From Eledone cirrhosa (Eukaryota): a stretch of 64,000 bases of DNA. Made by a program: the position numbers and the translations under genes. Positions 14,969 through 28,902 of this stretch are shown here, in pieces. The notes below the pieces were generated by a model. That model did no database searches and had not been told where the DNA came from. It saw only the letters and a program-made list of their open reading frames with translations. Location of the stretch: contig OZ024747.1 of assembly GCA_964016885.1 (NCBI GenBank), positions 24,490,001 to 24,554,000 on the forward strand. The letters are read 5' to 3'. Within the stretch, counting starts at the first letter, position 1, and each line of letters begins with the position of its first letter.

Positions 14969-15870
14969 CTCTGTGAGCTAGCGTGTGTGTGTGTATGCCT
15001 CTGTGTGCTTGTGTGTGTCTCCATGTGTTAGAGTCCATCTGTGTGTATGTATCTATGTTTGTGTGTGTGTGTGAGTATGTCTCTGTGAGCTAGTGTGTGT
15101 ATGCCTCTGTGTGCTTGTGTGTGTCTCCATGTGTTAGAGTCCATCTGTGTGTATGTGTATGTATCTATGTTAGTGTGTGTGTGTGGGGGGGGTATGTCTC
15201 TGTGAGCTAGTGTGTGTATGCCTCTGTGTGCTTGTGTGTGTCTCCATGTGTTAGAGTCCATCTGTGTGTATGTATCTATGTTAGTGTGTGTGTGTGTGTG
15301 TGTGGGTATGTCTCTGTGAGCTAGTGTGTGTATGCCTCTGTGTGCTTGTGTGTGTCTCCATGTGTTAGAGTCCATCTGTGTGTATGTATCTATGTTTGTG
15401 TGTGTGTGTGAGTATGTCTCTGTGAGCTAGTGTGTGTATGCCTCTGTGTGCTTGTGTGTGTCTCCATGTGTTAGAGTCCATCTGTGTGTATGTGTATGTA
15501 TCTATGTTAGTGTGTGTGTGGGGGGGGGGTATGTCTCTGTGAGCTAGTGTGTGTATGCCTCTGTGTGCTTGTGTGTGTCTCCATGTGTTAGAGTCCATCT
15601 GTGTGTATGTATCTATGTTAGTGTGTGTGTGTGTGTGTGTGTGTGGGTATGTCTCTGTGAGCTAGTGTGTGTATGCCTCTGTGTGCTTGTGTGTGTCTCC
15701 ATGTGTTAGAGTCCATCTGTGTGTATGTGTATGTATCTATGTTAGTGTGTGTGTGTGTGTGGGTATGTCTCTGTGAGCTAGTATGTGTATGCCTCTGTGT
15801 GCTTGTGTGTGTCTCCATGTGTTAGAGTCCATCTGTGTGTATGTGTATGTATCTATGTTAGTGTGTGTGT
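14960..15870. repeat. ~110-120-bp tandem repeat, about 8 units
   Basis: GTATGTCTCTGTGAGCTAG...CCATGTGTTAGAGTCCATCTG recurs with variable (GT)n/G runs. Confidence 0.9.
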
Positions 15871-16199
15871 CTATGTGCTAGAGTGTGTGTGTGTATGTGC
15901 ATGTATCTGTGTTAGTGTGTGTGTTAGTATGTTGATTATGTAATAGTAGTAGCAGTAGGAGATTAGAGTAACATTTGTAAAAGCCAAGCACAGTTACATA
16001 AGAACAGTTTCTCTAAACTACTCAAGCCCTTCACATACTAGAATTATTATCTCATAGTTAACATATATTACATCACATAATATCTCAGACTAATGTCATC
16101 ATATCACAGTTGACATAGATTACATAGCCCATAACATTACATAGATTACATAACATATACTACATGTGTAATATCACATAGATTACATCAAATATGCTA

Positions 16200-16600
16200 C
16201 ATATGTAACATTATATGACATCACATATACTACATATATAATATGACATTACACCGCACATTACATTACATCACATGATATCACATGACATCACATGTAC
16301 TACATATATAATATGACATTACACCGCACATTACATTATATCACATGACATCACATGTACTACATATATAATAGGACATTACACCTCACATTACATTATA
16401 TCACATTACATCACATGACATCACATGTACTACATATAGAATATGACATTACACCGCACATTACATTATATCACATTACATCACATGTACTACATATAGA
16501 ATATGACATTACACCTCACATTACATTATATCACATACTATCACATTACATCACACGATATCACATGTACTACATATATAATATCACATTTCATCACACC
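16200..16600. repeat. ~60-70-bp tandem repeat
   Basis: ATATGACATTACACCGCACATTACATTATATCACAT... recurs. Confidence 0.8.
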
Positions 16601-16869
16601 TCACACTATATTACACAATATCACATCACATTACATATATAATACCACATATATCACACAGCACATGCTATCACATTGCATCACATAAAATTATGAAACA
16701 CCACATTGCACCAGATGACACATGACATCACATAACGCTATGCGATATTATGTAACATTACATAACATTACATGAGATTGTATAACATTACATAACATCA
16801 CATAATATCATTTAAAATAGATTCTTCTAGAGCTCTTCTTTCACAATTGATACAGTTTTATATATCTAA

Positions 16870-16912
<43 letters not shown>

Positions 16913-17116
16913 TCGACCTTTTATACACTATCCTTAGAATCTGCTGTATAGATTTCACTTTCATCGCAAGACTGGGTTTCCCGCACTCCCTCTTTGTTCT
17001 CCTGGCAAGTTCAGCCACCCCTACCGCCCACCAAATGCCATGATAGATTCATCTGTCTTTACAACAAATTTTTTACCTATCCTTTTGACAATTACTACCT
17101 TCCCATATAAGGAAAT

Positions 17117-17286
17117 ACCTCCTGAGAAGTTCGTCTATTTATTTACCAGGCTAAAAATTCTTATTTAGTCCAGAAATAGCCGTCGAAAAGTCTTGAGCTC
17201 TGCCGTCGGGGTCATACTTGTTCCTATATATATATATATATAGGAAAATGTTCAAGACGCCGACCGCAGAGCTCAAGCCGTTTCGA

Positions 17287-17289
<3 letters not shown>
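17117..17289 (+). mobile_element. Degenerate hammerhead-bearing terminal repeat fragment plus inverted partner; family also at ~31441-31545, ~32050-32185, 39481-39678, ~58849-58897
   Basis: ACCUC CUGAGAA ... AAAUAGCCGUC GAAA ...GAGCUCUGCCG UC GGGGU; shared motif GCCGTCGAAACGGCTTGAGCTC(T/A)GCCGTCGGGGTC seen in other copies, mostly next to (TA)n. Confidence 0.6.
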
Positions 17290-17334
<45 letters not shown>

Positions 17335-17374
17335 TCATCATCATCATCATCATCGTTTAACGTCCATCTTCCGG

Positions 17375-20093
17375 CACTCTCACGAGCGACGAGCTGAAAC
17401 TCCTATACCTCGGACCCAAGTTCATCGTCTCACAACGTCTCGACGACAGACTCAAACTCAACATCGAGGCCAACTTTTGTCGAGCCGCTTACCAACTTAA
17501 ATGGGTGACCGCCTCAACAGCGCCACAGAAAATAACAGCGCCCACACAACCCACACCAAGTTCCCCACTTACCACCTCGACAACCCACTCCACCCCCCAC
17601 CCACCAACCACGAACTTGACACTAAACTCATCAGGTTAAAACACTCCATCTCGGATATACTTAAAAAACACACACACATGCACAACACATAACCTCACCA
17701 AATCTCAACTCACCACTCTCTCCAACCTAAAATCGAAGAACCTCATCTATCTCCCCTCCGACAAGGGAAAAGAATTCTGCGTCATCAGCAGAGAGGCCTA
17801 CAACACCCTGGCCCTCCAACACCTTGACGATGACAACCTCTACTCCAAGGTCACGGGAATCACTCCCGCGCAGATAGAAGAGCACATCAACGCCGCCTTG
17901 ACCAACATCTGCGACTGGCGGAAGCTCCCGAAGAAGCTGAGATACAACCTCCTCACGAGGAACAGCAGACTACCCGCCTTCTACCACCTCGTGAAAACAC
18001 AAACAGGGACCCGACCTGAAGATCAGGCCCATTGTATCGAGCGTGGAGGGACCACTCTACAAAATTTCATGGCTTCTAGCCAGAACACTCAAACCCATCT
18101 TAGACACCTTGCCGGGACACGTTAACAGCTCCGAGGAGGTGTTGAAGTGCCTGCATCAAATGGATCCCGTCACCAGAAGGAATAACAGATATGCCTTCAG
18201 CCTTGATGTAGTCGCTCTCTAGACCTCGGTCCCGGCACTCCCGCCCGTCAATATACTAATGGAACGCGTCCAATCCACCGACCTACACTGCTTCGGGCTC
18301 ACCACCACTGACATCCACCAACTCCTATCCATCGTTGTCGACAACACCTACTTCGGATTCCTTGACCAAACATACCAACAAACCTCGGGATTGCCCATGG
18401 GATCAAGCATGTCTGGTGTGCTAGCGATCTCTTACATGGACAACCTCGAGCGCAAGGCACTCAACGCCTGCCAGCCCAACGCCGTAGTCTTTTTCTCAAG
18501 GTATGTGGACGATATCCTCATCCTCACATCTTCCCAAGACACGGCGAACAGAATCTATGAGACGTTCAACAACACGGACGAGAACATTGACTTCAGTGTT
18601 GAACACCCCAACAAAGAGGGTTCACTTGCCCTCCTCGACTTCCGAATCAACATCACGGAGCAGGGAAGGATCCACTGCAACTTCTACCGAAAGGCAGCCT
18701 GCTTTTCGTTCACTACAAGTCCGCCCTCCCTAACAGTGCCAAAAGAGGATACATCACGAACGAGATCGCGCGAATCAAAAACAGATGCAGCAATCCCGCG
18801 AGTAGTGTCACTCATACCAAGCGATTCCTCGAGGTTCTGGAGACGAACGGGTACCCTACATCACCCACAGACAGAGTAGGAGACACCAGACACAAGAGAC
18901 AGAGAGGCACCCAAGGCAAGTGCTTCCTTAAAATGCCACACCTGGGCGAGAATACCACCAACGCTATCCGCAAGGCTATACGGAGGGAGGGACTCAACAT
19001 CCACCTGGCCCACTCGGGCCCTTCCCTGCGAAGATGCCTCTCCAGGAAACCCGGGAAATCAACTGACGCGTGCTCCCTCAGAGACTGCCCGATACGCCAT
19101 GCAAACTGTTGCCTACGCACGTACGTCGTGTATAAGATAGAATGTGACAGGTGCAACCAATACTATATAGGTAGCACAATCCGACCTTTGCACATCTGGA
19201 TCAAGGAACACACTAAAACCAGGGCCTCGTCTTTCCGGAAACACATAGACAAAAGCGGAAACAAAGACGGAAGGCCCATTGTCACAATTCTAGCAACTGA
19301 AAGAAACGTCAGCACGTTACGTATCAAGGAAGCGCTTTTTATCAAATGCCTAGCACCGCAAATAAACAATCGATCCGAGAGAAGCGAAATGAGGTGGCTG
19401 GTTTAAGTTAACAAACGATGTAGCAACACATGCACACACACACACAAGCGAGACAACTACATGCGCACACGCACACACACACACAGTAGCATTCCACCAT
19501 ACGAACATACTACACTGCCAATACAGAGGAACAAGCACGCACACACACACACACACTCAAGCGAGACAACAACACATGCACACACAGACACACACACAGT
19601 AACATTTAACAAACAGGCAGAGAATGGACTGACAGCTAGCGCCACCCCACTCCCACAATTGAAAGAACTACTTCGGCCGCTGACCTCTGCCCGACCGACC
19701 CCATTTCACGCGCACACGCGCTTTGCTGAATAACTCAGATATTCAAAACAACAAACAGCGGAGGACGCGTTTCGCACCTTTCCGACAGACAACCTTTCCC
19801 CCACCCCGGTAAAAACCCCCAGTTGATGGATGTGAATCCGAAATATATAGGGACAATTAAATCTCTCCCAAGGTAACTCTCTCTCGTGTTGTTATTTTCA
19901 TTTTATCCTTTATACTCTTTCCTTCATGTCTTATACACGCCACGCATCTCAACGTACACCCACTTACATCTCTCTCTCCACCACCGGACCTTGTTACCCG
20001 GAGATTTACCCATCTGCATTGTCCAGGCTTCCAAACGACTTAAAGATATTTATTTATTATTCCACAATGCTTCAAGCAAACTTCAATACTCTC

Positions 20094-20095
<2 letters not shown>
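17375..20095 (+). mobile_element. Penelope-like retroelement, degenerate (RT + C-terminal GIY-YIG endonuclease + 3' region)
   Basis: Frameshifted frames give LGPKF, LPSDKG, SLDVVAL*TS, GLPMGS, RYVDD, LLD, then VVYKIECDRCNQYYIGST (GIY-YIG, ORF 18933-19406). 3' end abuts (TA)n. Confidence 0.92.
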
Positions 20096-20125
<30 letters not shown>

Positions 20126-20730
20126 TATAATATATATATAGATATATAATATATATATATAATATATATATATATAATATATATATATAATATATATATA
20201 TATAATATATATATATATAATATATATATATAATATATATAATATATATATAGATATATAATATATATATATAATATATATATATATAATATATATATAT
20301 AATATATATTATATATATATAGATATATAATATATATATATATATATAGATATATAATATATATATATATAAAATATATATATATATATATAGATATATA
20401 ATATATATATATATATAATATATATATATATAATATATATATATAATATATATATATAATATATATAATGTAGGAGGTGACTTTTATTGTAGTACAATAA
20501 AGCAATGCAGATATCGGATAATATATATATATAATATATATTATTATTAATAATAATTAATAATAATTAATTAATAATAATTAATAATAATTAATAATAA
20601 TTAAGCTCTGTTGCATACATAGAGCACTCTTTTTTCCTGGACTTTTCCGATGGAATTACTTCATTTACACATATATAATATATATATATAATATATATAT
20701 ATATAATATATATATATATATATAATATAT

Positions 20731-20769
<39 letters not shown>

Positions 20770-20776
<7 letters not shown>

Positions 20777-21491
20777 TGAATCTAGCTAAGACAAAAGTGT
20801 TGATGAGTAGAAAAGAGGACAAAACCCTGATTCCGTCAGGGAAATGGCCATGTTCGATATGCAGAAAAGGAACTGGCATAAATTCTATAAAATGCACACA
20901 ATGCAGATCCTGGGTACACAAGAGATGTAGCGGGATAGCAGGCAAACTAACAGGTAGGGAGAAATATGTATGTAGTAGATGTACAGGGAAATTAGACAGT
21001 AGAAGTAGCACTGATAGACACATTTTTCAAATGCAAGAGGGCGCGATAGAAGTGGTGGATAGCTTCCGGTACCTAGGAGATCAGATTAGCATGGGAGGAG
21101 GGTGTTCCGAGGCCATAGTATCTAGAATAAGGACGGGTTGGAAGAAGTTTAGGGAGCTGCTTCCTCTGTTGACGAAGAAGGGTTTCTCCCTGCGTACGAA
21201 AGGCCGGTTGTATGATGCCTGTGTGAGGAGCGCGATGCTGCATGGTAGTGAGACATGGGCAGCAACTGCAGAGGATATGCGACGGCTGGAGAGAAATGAG
21301 GCAAGCATGCTCCGTTGGATGTGCAGTGTAAATGTGTGTGAACGACCCAGCATAAATGTGTTGAGAGAGAAACTGTGTCTGAGAGCGATAGAATGTAGTG
21401 TACGGGAGAGGAGACTGAGGTGGTATGGACATGTGATGCGCATGGAGGATGACCGATGGGTGAAGAAGTGCCAGGAAATGGCAGTTGAAGG
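20770..21491 (+). mobile_element. RTE-clade LINE ORF fragment (RT C-terminal region with Cys/His finger)
   Basis: Uninterrupted frame: VNLAKTKVLM, CSICRKG...CTQCRSWVHKRCSG, FRYLG, MLHGSETW, RRLRWYGHVMRM; bounded by (TA)n on both sides. Confidence 0.9.
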
Positions 21492-21854
21492 AATATATAT
21501 ATTATATATATATATATTATATATATATTATATATATATATATATTATATTATAAATTGAAACAAAATGAAAACGAAATTTCATTTCTCACTCTTAGTAT
21601 GGCACTTACTTAAATGTAAGTATGCATGTATACGTACATACATATATGTATACAGACGTACAGTAGCATGCACATATATATATATATATACATATATATA
21701 TACATATGCATACAGGTACACATACATATATGCACGTATCAGTTTAGCGGCGCTAACGTCGCTTTGTTCGTTTGTAAACAAACTGAACAGCCTGAATTTA
21801 TGCCATACGGTGTTAAGGCAACCACGTCACCTTTTTGTTCAACACTGACACAGG

Positions 21855-21899
21855 AACGATGTACTAGTTTCAAGCTTGTTAGCTATCATCAGCACCGTT
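21855..21899 (-). ncRNA. Type I hammerhead ribozyme (first of 16 copies; others start at 22321, 22787, 23253, 23719, 24185, 24651, 25117, 25583, 26049, 26515, 26981, 27447, 27913, 28380, 28846)
   Basis: Minus strand reads AACGGUG CUGAUGA U-AGCU-AACA-AGCU-U GAAA CUAG UA CAUCGUU. Stem I is 7 bp (AACGGUG/CAUCGUU), core CUGAUGA and GAAA intact, stem II AGCU/AGCU, palindromic stem III ACUAGU, GUA cleavage triplet (cut between 21862 and 21861). Confidence 0.9.
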
Positions 21900-21927
21900 T
21901 ACCCATCTGCCAGATAGTTGAACGTTC

Positions 21928-21980
21928 GAAAGTATATACTTTCCTTATGAAAATTAACGGCTGAGCAGCCTAATTTGCAT
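21928..21980 (-). promoter_or_regulatory. Candidate snRNA/U6-type promoter elements in each 466-bp unit (TATA palindrome and octamer)
   Basis: Perfect 16-bp palindrome GAAAGTATATACTTTC at 21928-21943 and ATTTGCAT (octamer ATGCAAAT on minus) at 21973-21980, both upstream of the ribozyme on the minus strand. No PSE identified. Confidence 0.4.
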
Positions 21981-24900
21981 ATTGAGTGAGTTAAATCGGT
22001 CAGGCATACCGAAAACGATAAATTGAAACAAAATGAAAACGAAATTTCATTTCTCACTCTTAGTATGGCACTTACTTAAATGTAAGTATGCATGTATACG
22101 TACATACATATATGTATACAGACGTACAGTAGCATGCACATATATATATATATATACATATATATATACATATGCATACAGGTACACATACATATATGCA
22201 CGTATCAGTTTAGCGGCGCTAACGTCGCTTTGTTCGTTTGTAAACAAACTGAACAGCCTGAATTTATGCCATACGGTGTTAAGGCAACCACGTCACCTTT
22301 TTGTTCAACACTGACACAGGAACGATGTACTAGTTTCAAGCTTGTTAGCTATCATCAGCACCGTTTACCCATCTGCCAGATAGTTGAACGTTCGAAAGTA
22401 TATACTTTCCTTATGAAAATTAACGGCTGAGCAGCCTAATTTGCATATTGAGTGAGTTAAATCGGTCAGGCATACCGAAAACGATAAATTGAAACAAAAT
22501 GAAAACGAAATTTCATTTCTCACTCTTAGTATGGCACTTACTTAAATGTAAGTATGCATGTATACGTACATACATATATGTATACAGACGTACAGTAGCA
22601 TGCACATATATATATATATATACATATATATATACATATGCATACAGGTACACATACATATATGCACGTATCAGTTTAGCGGCGCTAACGTCGCTTTGTT
22701 CGTTTGTAAACAAACTGAACAGCCTGAATTTATGCCATACGGTGTTAAGGCAACCACATCACCTTTTTGTTCAACACTGACACAGGAACGATGTACTAGT
22801 TTCAAGCTTGTTAGCTATCATCAGCACCGTTTACCCATCTGCCAGATAGTTGAACGTTCGAAAGTATATACTTTCCTTATGAAAATTAACGGCTGAGCAG
22901 CCTAATTTGCATATTGAGTGAGTTAAATCGGTCAGGCATACCGAAAACGATAAATTGAAACAAAATGAAAACGAAATTTCATTTCTCACTCTTAGTATGG
23001 CACTTACTTAAATGTAAGTATGCATGTATACGTACATACATATATGTATACAGACGTACAGTAGCATGCACATATATATATATATATACATATATATATA
23101 CATATGCATACAGGTACACATACATATATGCACGTATCAGTTTAGCGGCGCTAACGTCGCTTTGTTCGTTTGTAAACAAACTGAACAGCCTGAATTTATG
23201 CCATACGGTGTTAAGGCAACCACGTCACCTTTTTGTTCAACACTGACACAGGAACGATGTACTAGTTTCAAGCTTGTTAGCTATCATCAGCACCGTTTAC
23301 CCATCTGCCAGATAGTTGAACGTTCGAAAGTATATACTTTCCTTATGAAAATTAACGGCTGAGCAGCCTAATTTGCATATTGAGTGAGTTAAATCGGTCA
23401 GGCATACCGAAAACGATAAATTGAAACAAAATGAAAACGAAATTTCATTTCTCACTCTTAGTATGGCACTTACTTAAATGTAAGTATGCATGTATACGTA
23501 CATACATATATGTATACAGACGTACAGTAGCATGCACATATATATATATATATACATATATATATACATATGCATACAGGTACACATACATATATGCACG
23601 TATCAGTTTAGCGGCGCTAACGTCGCTTTGTTCGTTTGTAAACAAACTGAACAGCCTGAATTTATGCCATACGGTGTTAAGGCAACCACGTCACCTTTTT
23701 GTTCAACACTGACACAGGAACGATGTACTAGTTTCAAGCTTGTTAGCTATCATCAGCACCGTTTACCCATCTGCCAGATAGTTGAACGTTCGAAAGTATA
23801 TACTTTCCTTATGAAAATTAACGGCTGAGCAGCCTAATTTGCATATTGAGTGAGTTAAATCGGTCAGGCATACCGAAAACGATAAATTGAAACAAAATGA
23901 AAACGAAATTTCATTTCTCACTCTTAGTATGGCACTTACTTAAATGTAAGTATGCATGTATACGTACATACATATATGTATACAGACGTACAGTAGCATG
24001 CACATATATATATATATATACATATATATATACATATGCATACAGGTACACATACATATATGCACGTATCAGTTTAGCGGCGCTAACGTCGCTTTGTTCG
24101 TTTGTAAACAAACTGAACAGCCTGAATTTATGCCATACGGTGTTAAGGCAACCACGTCACCTTTTTGTTCAACACTGACACAGGAACGATGTACTAGTTT
24201 CAAGCTTGTTAGCTATCATCAGCACCGTTTACCCATCTGCCAGATAGTTGAACGTTCGAAAGTATATACTTTCCTTATGAAAATTAACGGCTGAGCAGCC
24301 TAATTTGCATATTGAGTGAGTTAAATCGGTCAGGCATACCGAAAACGATAAATTGAAACAAAATGAAAACGAAATTTCATTTCTCACTCTTAGTATGGCA
24401 CTTACTTAAATGTAAGTATGCATGTATACGTACATACATATATGTATACAGACGTACAGTAGCATGCACATATATATATATATATACATATATATATACA
24501 TATGCATACAGGTACACATACATATATGCACGTATCAGTTTAGCGGCGCTAACGTCGCTTTGTTCGTTTGTAAACAAACTGAACAGCCTGAATTTATGCC
24601 ATACGGTGTTAAGGCAACCACGTCACCTTTTTGTTCAACACTGACACAGGAACGATGTACTAGTTTCAAGCTTGTTAGCTATCATCAGCACCGTTTACCC
24701 ATCTGCCAGATAGTTGAACGTTCGAAAGTATATACTTTCCTTATGAAAATTAACGGCTGAGCAGCCTAATTTGCATATTGAGTGAGTTAAATCGGTCAGG
24801 CATACCGAAAACGATAAATTGAAACAAAATGAAAACGAAATTTCATTTCTCACTCTTAGTATGGCACTTACTTAAATGTAAGTATGCATGTATACGTACA

Positions 24901-27900
24901 TACATATATGTATACAGACGTACAGTAGCATGCACATATATATATATATATACATATATATATACATATGCATACAGGTACACATACATATATGCACGTA
25001 TCAGTTTAGCGGCGCTAACGTCGCTTTGTTCGTTTGTAAACAAACTGAACAGCCTGAATTTATGCCATACGGTGTTAAGGCAACCACGTCACCTTTTTGT
25101 TCAACACTGACACAGGAACGATGTACTAGTTTCAAGCTTGTTAGCTATCATCAGCACCGTTTACCCATCTGCCAGATAGTTGAACGTTCGAAAGTATATA
25201 CTTTCCTTATGAAAATTAACGGCTGAGCAGCCTAATTTGCATATTGAGTGAGTTAAATCGGTCAGGCATACCGAAAACGATAAATTGAAACAAAATGAAA
25301 ACGAAATTTCATTTCTCACTCTTAGTATGGCACTTACTTAAATGTAAGTATGCATGTATACGTACATACATATATGTATACAGACGTACAGTAGCATGCA
25401 CATATATATATATATATACATATATATATACATATGCATACAGGTACACATACATATATGCACGTATCAGTTTAGCGGCGCTAACGTCGCTTTGTTCGTT
25501 TGTAAACAAACTGAACAGCCTGAATTTATGCCATACGGTGTTAAGGCAACCACGTCACCTTTTTGTTCAACACTGACACAGGAACGATGTACTAGTTTCA
25601 AGCTTGTTAGCTATCATCAGCACCGTTTACCCATCTGCCAGATAGTTGAACGTTCGAAAGTATATACTTTCCTTATGAAAATTAACGGCTGAGCAGCCTA
25701 ATTTGCATATTGAGTGAGTTAAATCGGTCAGGCATACCGAAAACGATAAATTGAAACAAAATGAAAACGAAATTTCATTTCTCACTCTTAGTATGGCACT
25801 TACTTAAATGTAAGTATGCATGTATACGTACATACATATATGTATACAGACGTACAGTAGCATGCACATATATATATATATATACATATATATATACATA
25901 TGCATACAGGTACACATACATATATGCACGTATCAGTTTAGCGGCGCTAACGTCGCTTTGTTCGTTTGTAAACAAACTGAACAGCCTGAATTTATGCCAT
26001 ACGGTGTTAAGGCAACCACGTCACCTTTTTGTTCAACACTGACACAGGAACGATGTACTAGTTTCAAGCTTGTTAGCTATCATCAGCACCGTTTACCCAT
26101 CTGCCAGATAGTTGAACGTTCGAAAGTATATACTTTCCTTATGAAAATTAACGGCTGAGCAGCCTAATTTGCATATTGAGTGAGTTAAATCGGTCAGGCA
26201 TACCGAAAACGATAAATTGAAACAAAATGAAAACGAAATTTCATTTCTCACTCTTAGTATGGCACTTACTTAAATGTAAGTATGCATGTATACGTACATA
26301 CATATATGTATACAGACGTACAGTAGCATGCACATATATATATATATATACATATATATATACATATGCATACAGGTACACATACATATATGCACGTATC
26401 AGTTTAGCGGCGCTAACGTCGCTTTGTTCGTTTGTAAACAAACTGAACAGCCTGAATTTATGCCATACGGTGTTAAGGCAACCACGTCACCTTTTTGTTC
26501 AACACTGACACAGGAACGATGTACTAGTTTCAAGCTTGTTAGCTATCATCAGCACCGTTTACCCATCTGCCAGATAGTTGAACGTTCGAAAGTATATACT
26601 TTCCTTATGAAAATTAACGGCTGAGCAGCCTAATTTGCATATTGAGTGAGTTAAATCGGTCAGGCATACCGAAAACGATAAATTGAAACAAAATGAAAAC
26701 GAAATTTCATTTCTCACTCTTAGTATGGCACTTACTTAAATGTAAGTATGCATGTATACGTACATACATATATGTATACAGACGTACAGTAGCATGCACA
26801 TATATATATATATATACATATATATATACATATGCATACAGGTACACATACATATATGCACGTATCAGTTTAGCGGCGCTAACGTCGCTTTGTTCGTTTG
26901 TAAACAAACTGAACAGCCTGAATTTATGCCATACGGTGTTAAGGCAACCACGTCACCTTTTTGTTCAACACTGACACAGGAACGATGTACTAGTTTCAAG
27001 CTTGTTAGCTATCATCAGCACCGTTTACCCATCTGCCAGATAGTTGAACGTTCGAAAGTATATACTTTCCTTATGAAAATTAACGGCTGAGCAGCCTAAT
27101 TTGCATATTGAGTGAGTTAAATCGGTCAGGCATACCGAAAACGATAAATTGAAACAAAATGAAAACGAAATTTCATTTCTCACTCTTAGTATGGCACTTA
27201 CTTAAATGTAAGTATGCATGTATACGTACATACATATATGTATACAGACGTACAGTAGCATGCACATATATATATATATATACATATATATATACATATG
27301 CATACAGGTACACATACATATATGCACGTATCAGTTTAGCGGCGCTAACGTCGCTTTGTTCGTTTGTAAACAAACTGAACAGCCTGAATTTATGCCATAC
27401 GGTGTTAAGGCAACCACGTCACCTTTTTGTTCAACACTGACACAGGAACGATGTACTAGTTTCAAGCTTGTTAGCTATCATCAGCACCGTTTACCCATCT
27501 GCCAGATAGTTGAACGTTCGAAAGTATATACTTTCCTTATGAAAATTAACGGCTGAGCAGCCTAATTTGCATATTGAGTGAGTTAAATCGGTCAGGCATA
27601 CCGAAAACGATAAATTGAAACAAAATGAAAACGAAATTTCATTTCTCACTCTTAGTATGGCACTTACTTAAATGTAAGTATGCATGTATACGTACATACA
27701 TATATGTATACAGACGTACAGTAGCATGCACATATATATATATATATACATATATATATACATATGCATACAGGTACACATACATATATGCACGTATCAG
27801 TTTAGCGGCGCTAACGTCGCTTTGTTCGTTTGTAAACAAACTGAACAGCCTGAATTTATGCCATACGGTGTTAAGGCAACCACGTCACCTTTTTGTTCAA

Positions 27901-28902
27901 CACTGACACAGGAACGATGTACTAGTTTCAAGCTTGTTAGCTATCATCAGCACCGTTTACCCATCTGCCAGATAGTTGAACGTTCGAAAGTATATACTTT
28001 CCTTATGAAAATTAACGGCTGAGCAGCCTAATTTGCATATTGAGTGAGTTAAATCGGTCAGGCATACCGAAAACGATAAATTGAAACAAAATGAAAACGA
28101 AATTTCATTTCTCACTCTTAGTATGGCACTTACTTAAATGTAAGTATGCATGTATACCGTACATACATATATGTATACAGACGTACAGTAGCATGCACAT
28201 ATATATATATATATACATATATATATACATATGCATACAGGTACACATACATATATGCACGTATCAGTTTAGCGGCGCTAACGTCGCTTTGTTCGTTTGT
28301 AAACAAACTGAACAGCCTGAATTTATGCCATACGGTGTTAAGGCAACCACGTCACCTTTTTGTTCAACACTGACACAGGAACGATGTACTAGTTTCAAGC
28401 TTGTTAGCTATCATCAGCACCGTTTACCCATCTGCCAGATAGTTGAACGTTCGAAAGTATATACTTTCCTTATGAAAATTAACGGCTGAGCAGCCTAATT
28501 TGCATATTGAGTGAGTTAAATCGGTCAGGCATACCGAAAACGATAAATTGAAACAAAATGAAAACGAAATTTCATTTCTCACTCTTAGTATGGCACTTAC
28601 TTAAATGTAAGTATGCATGTATACGTACATACATATATGTATACAGACGTACAGTAGCATGCACATATATATATATATATACATATATATATACATATGC
28701 ATACAGGTACACATACATATATGCACGTATCAGTTTAGCGGCGCTAACGTCGCTTTGTTCGTTTGTAAACAAACTGAACAGCCTGAATTTATGCCATACG
28801 GTGTTAAGGCAACCACGTCACCTTTTTGTTCAACACTGACACAGGAACGATGTACTAGTTTCAAGCTTGTTAGCTATCATCAGCACCGTTTACCCATCTG
28901 CC

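Noticed and set aside
21552-22017. Array as 5S rRNA, spliced-leader or U snRNA gene cluster
   Set aside because: No recognisable 5S, SL or U snRNA sequence by eye; only promoter-like motifs are shared.
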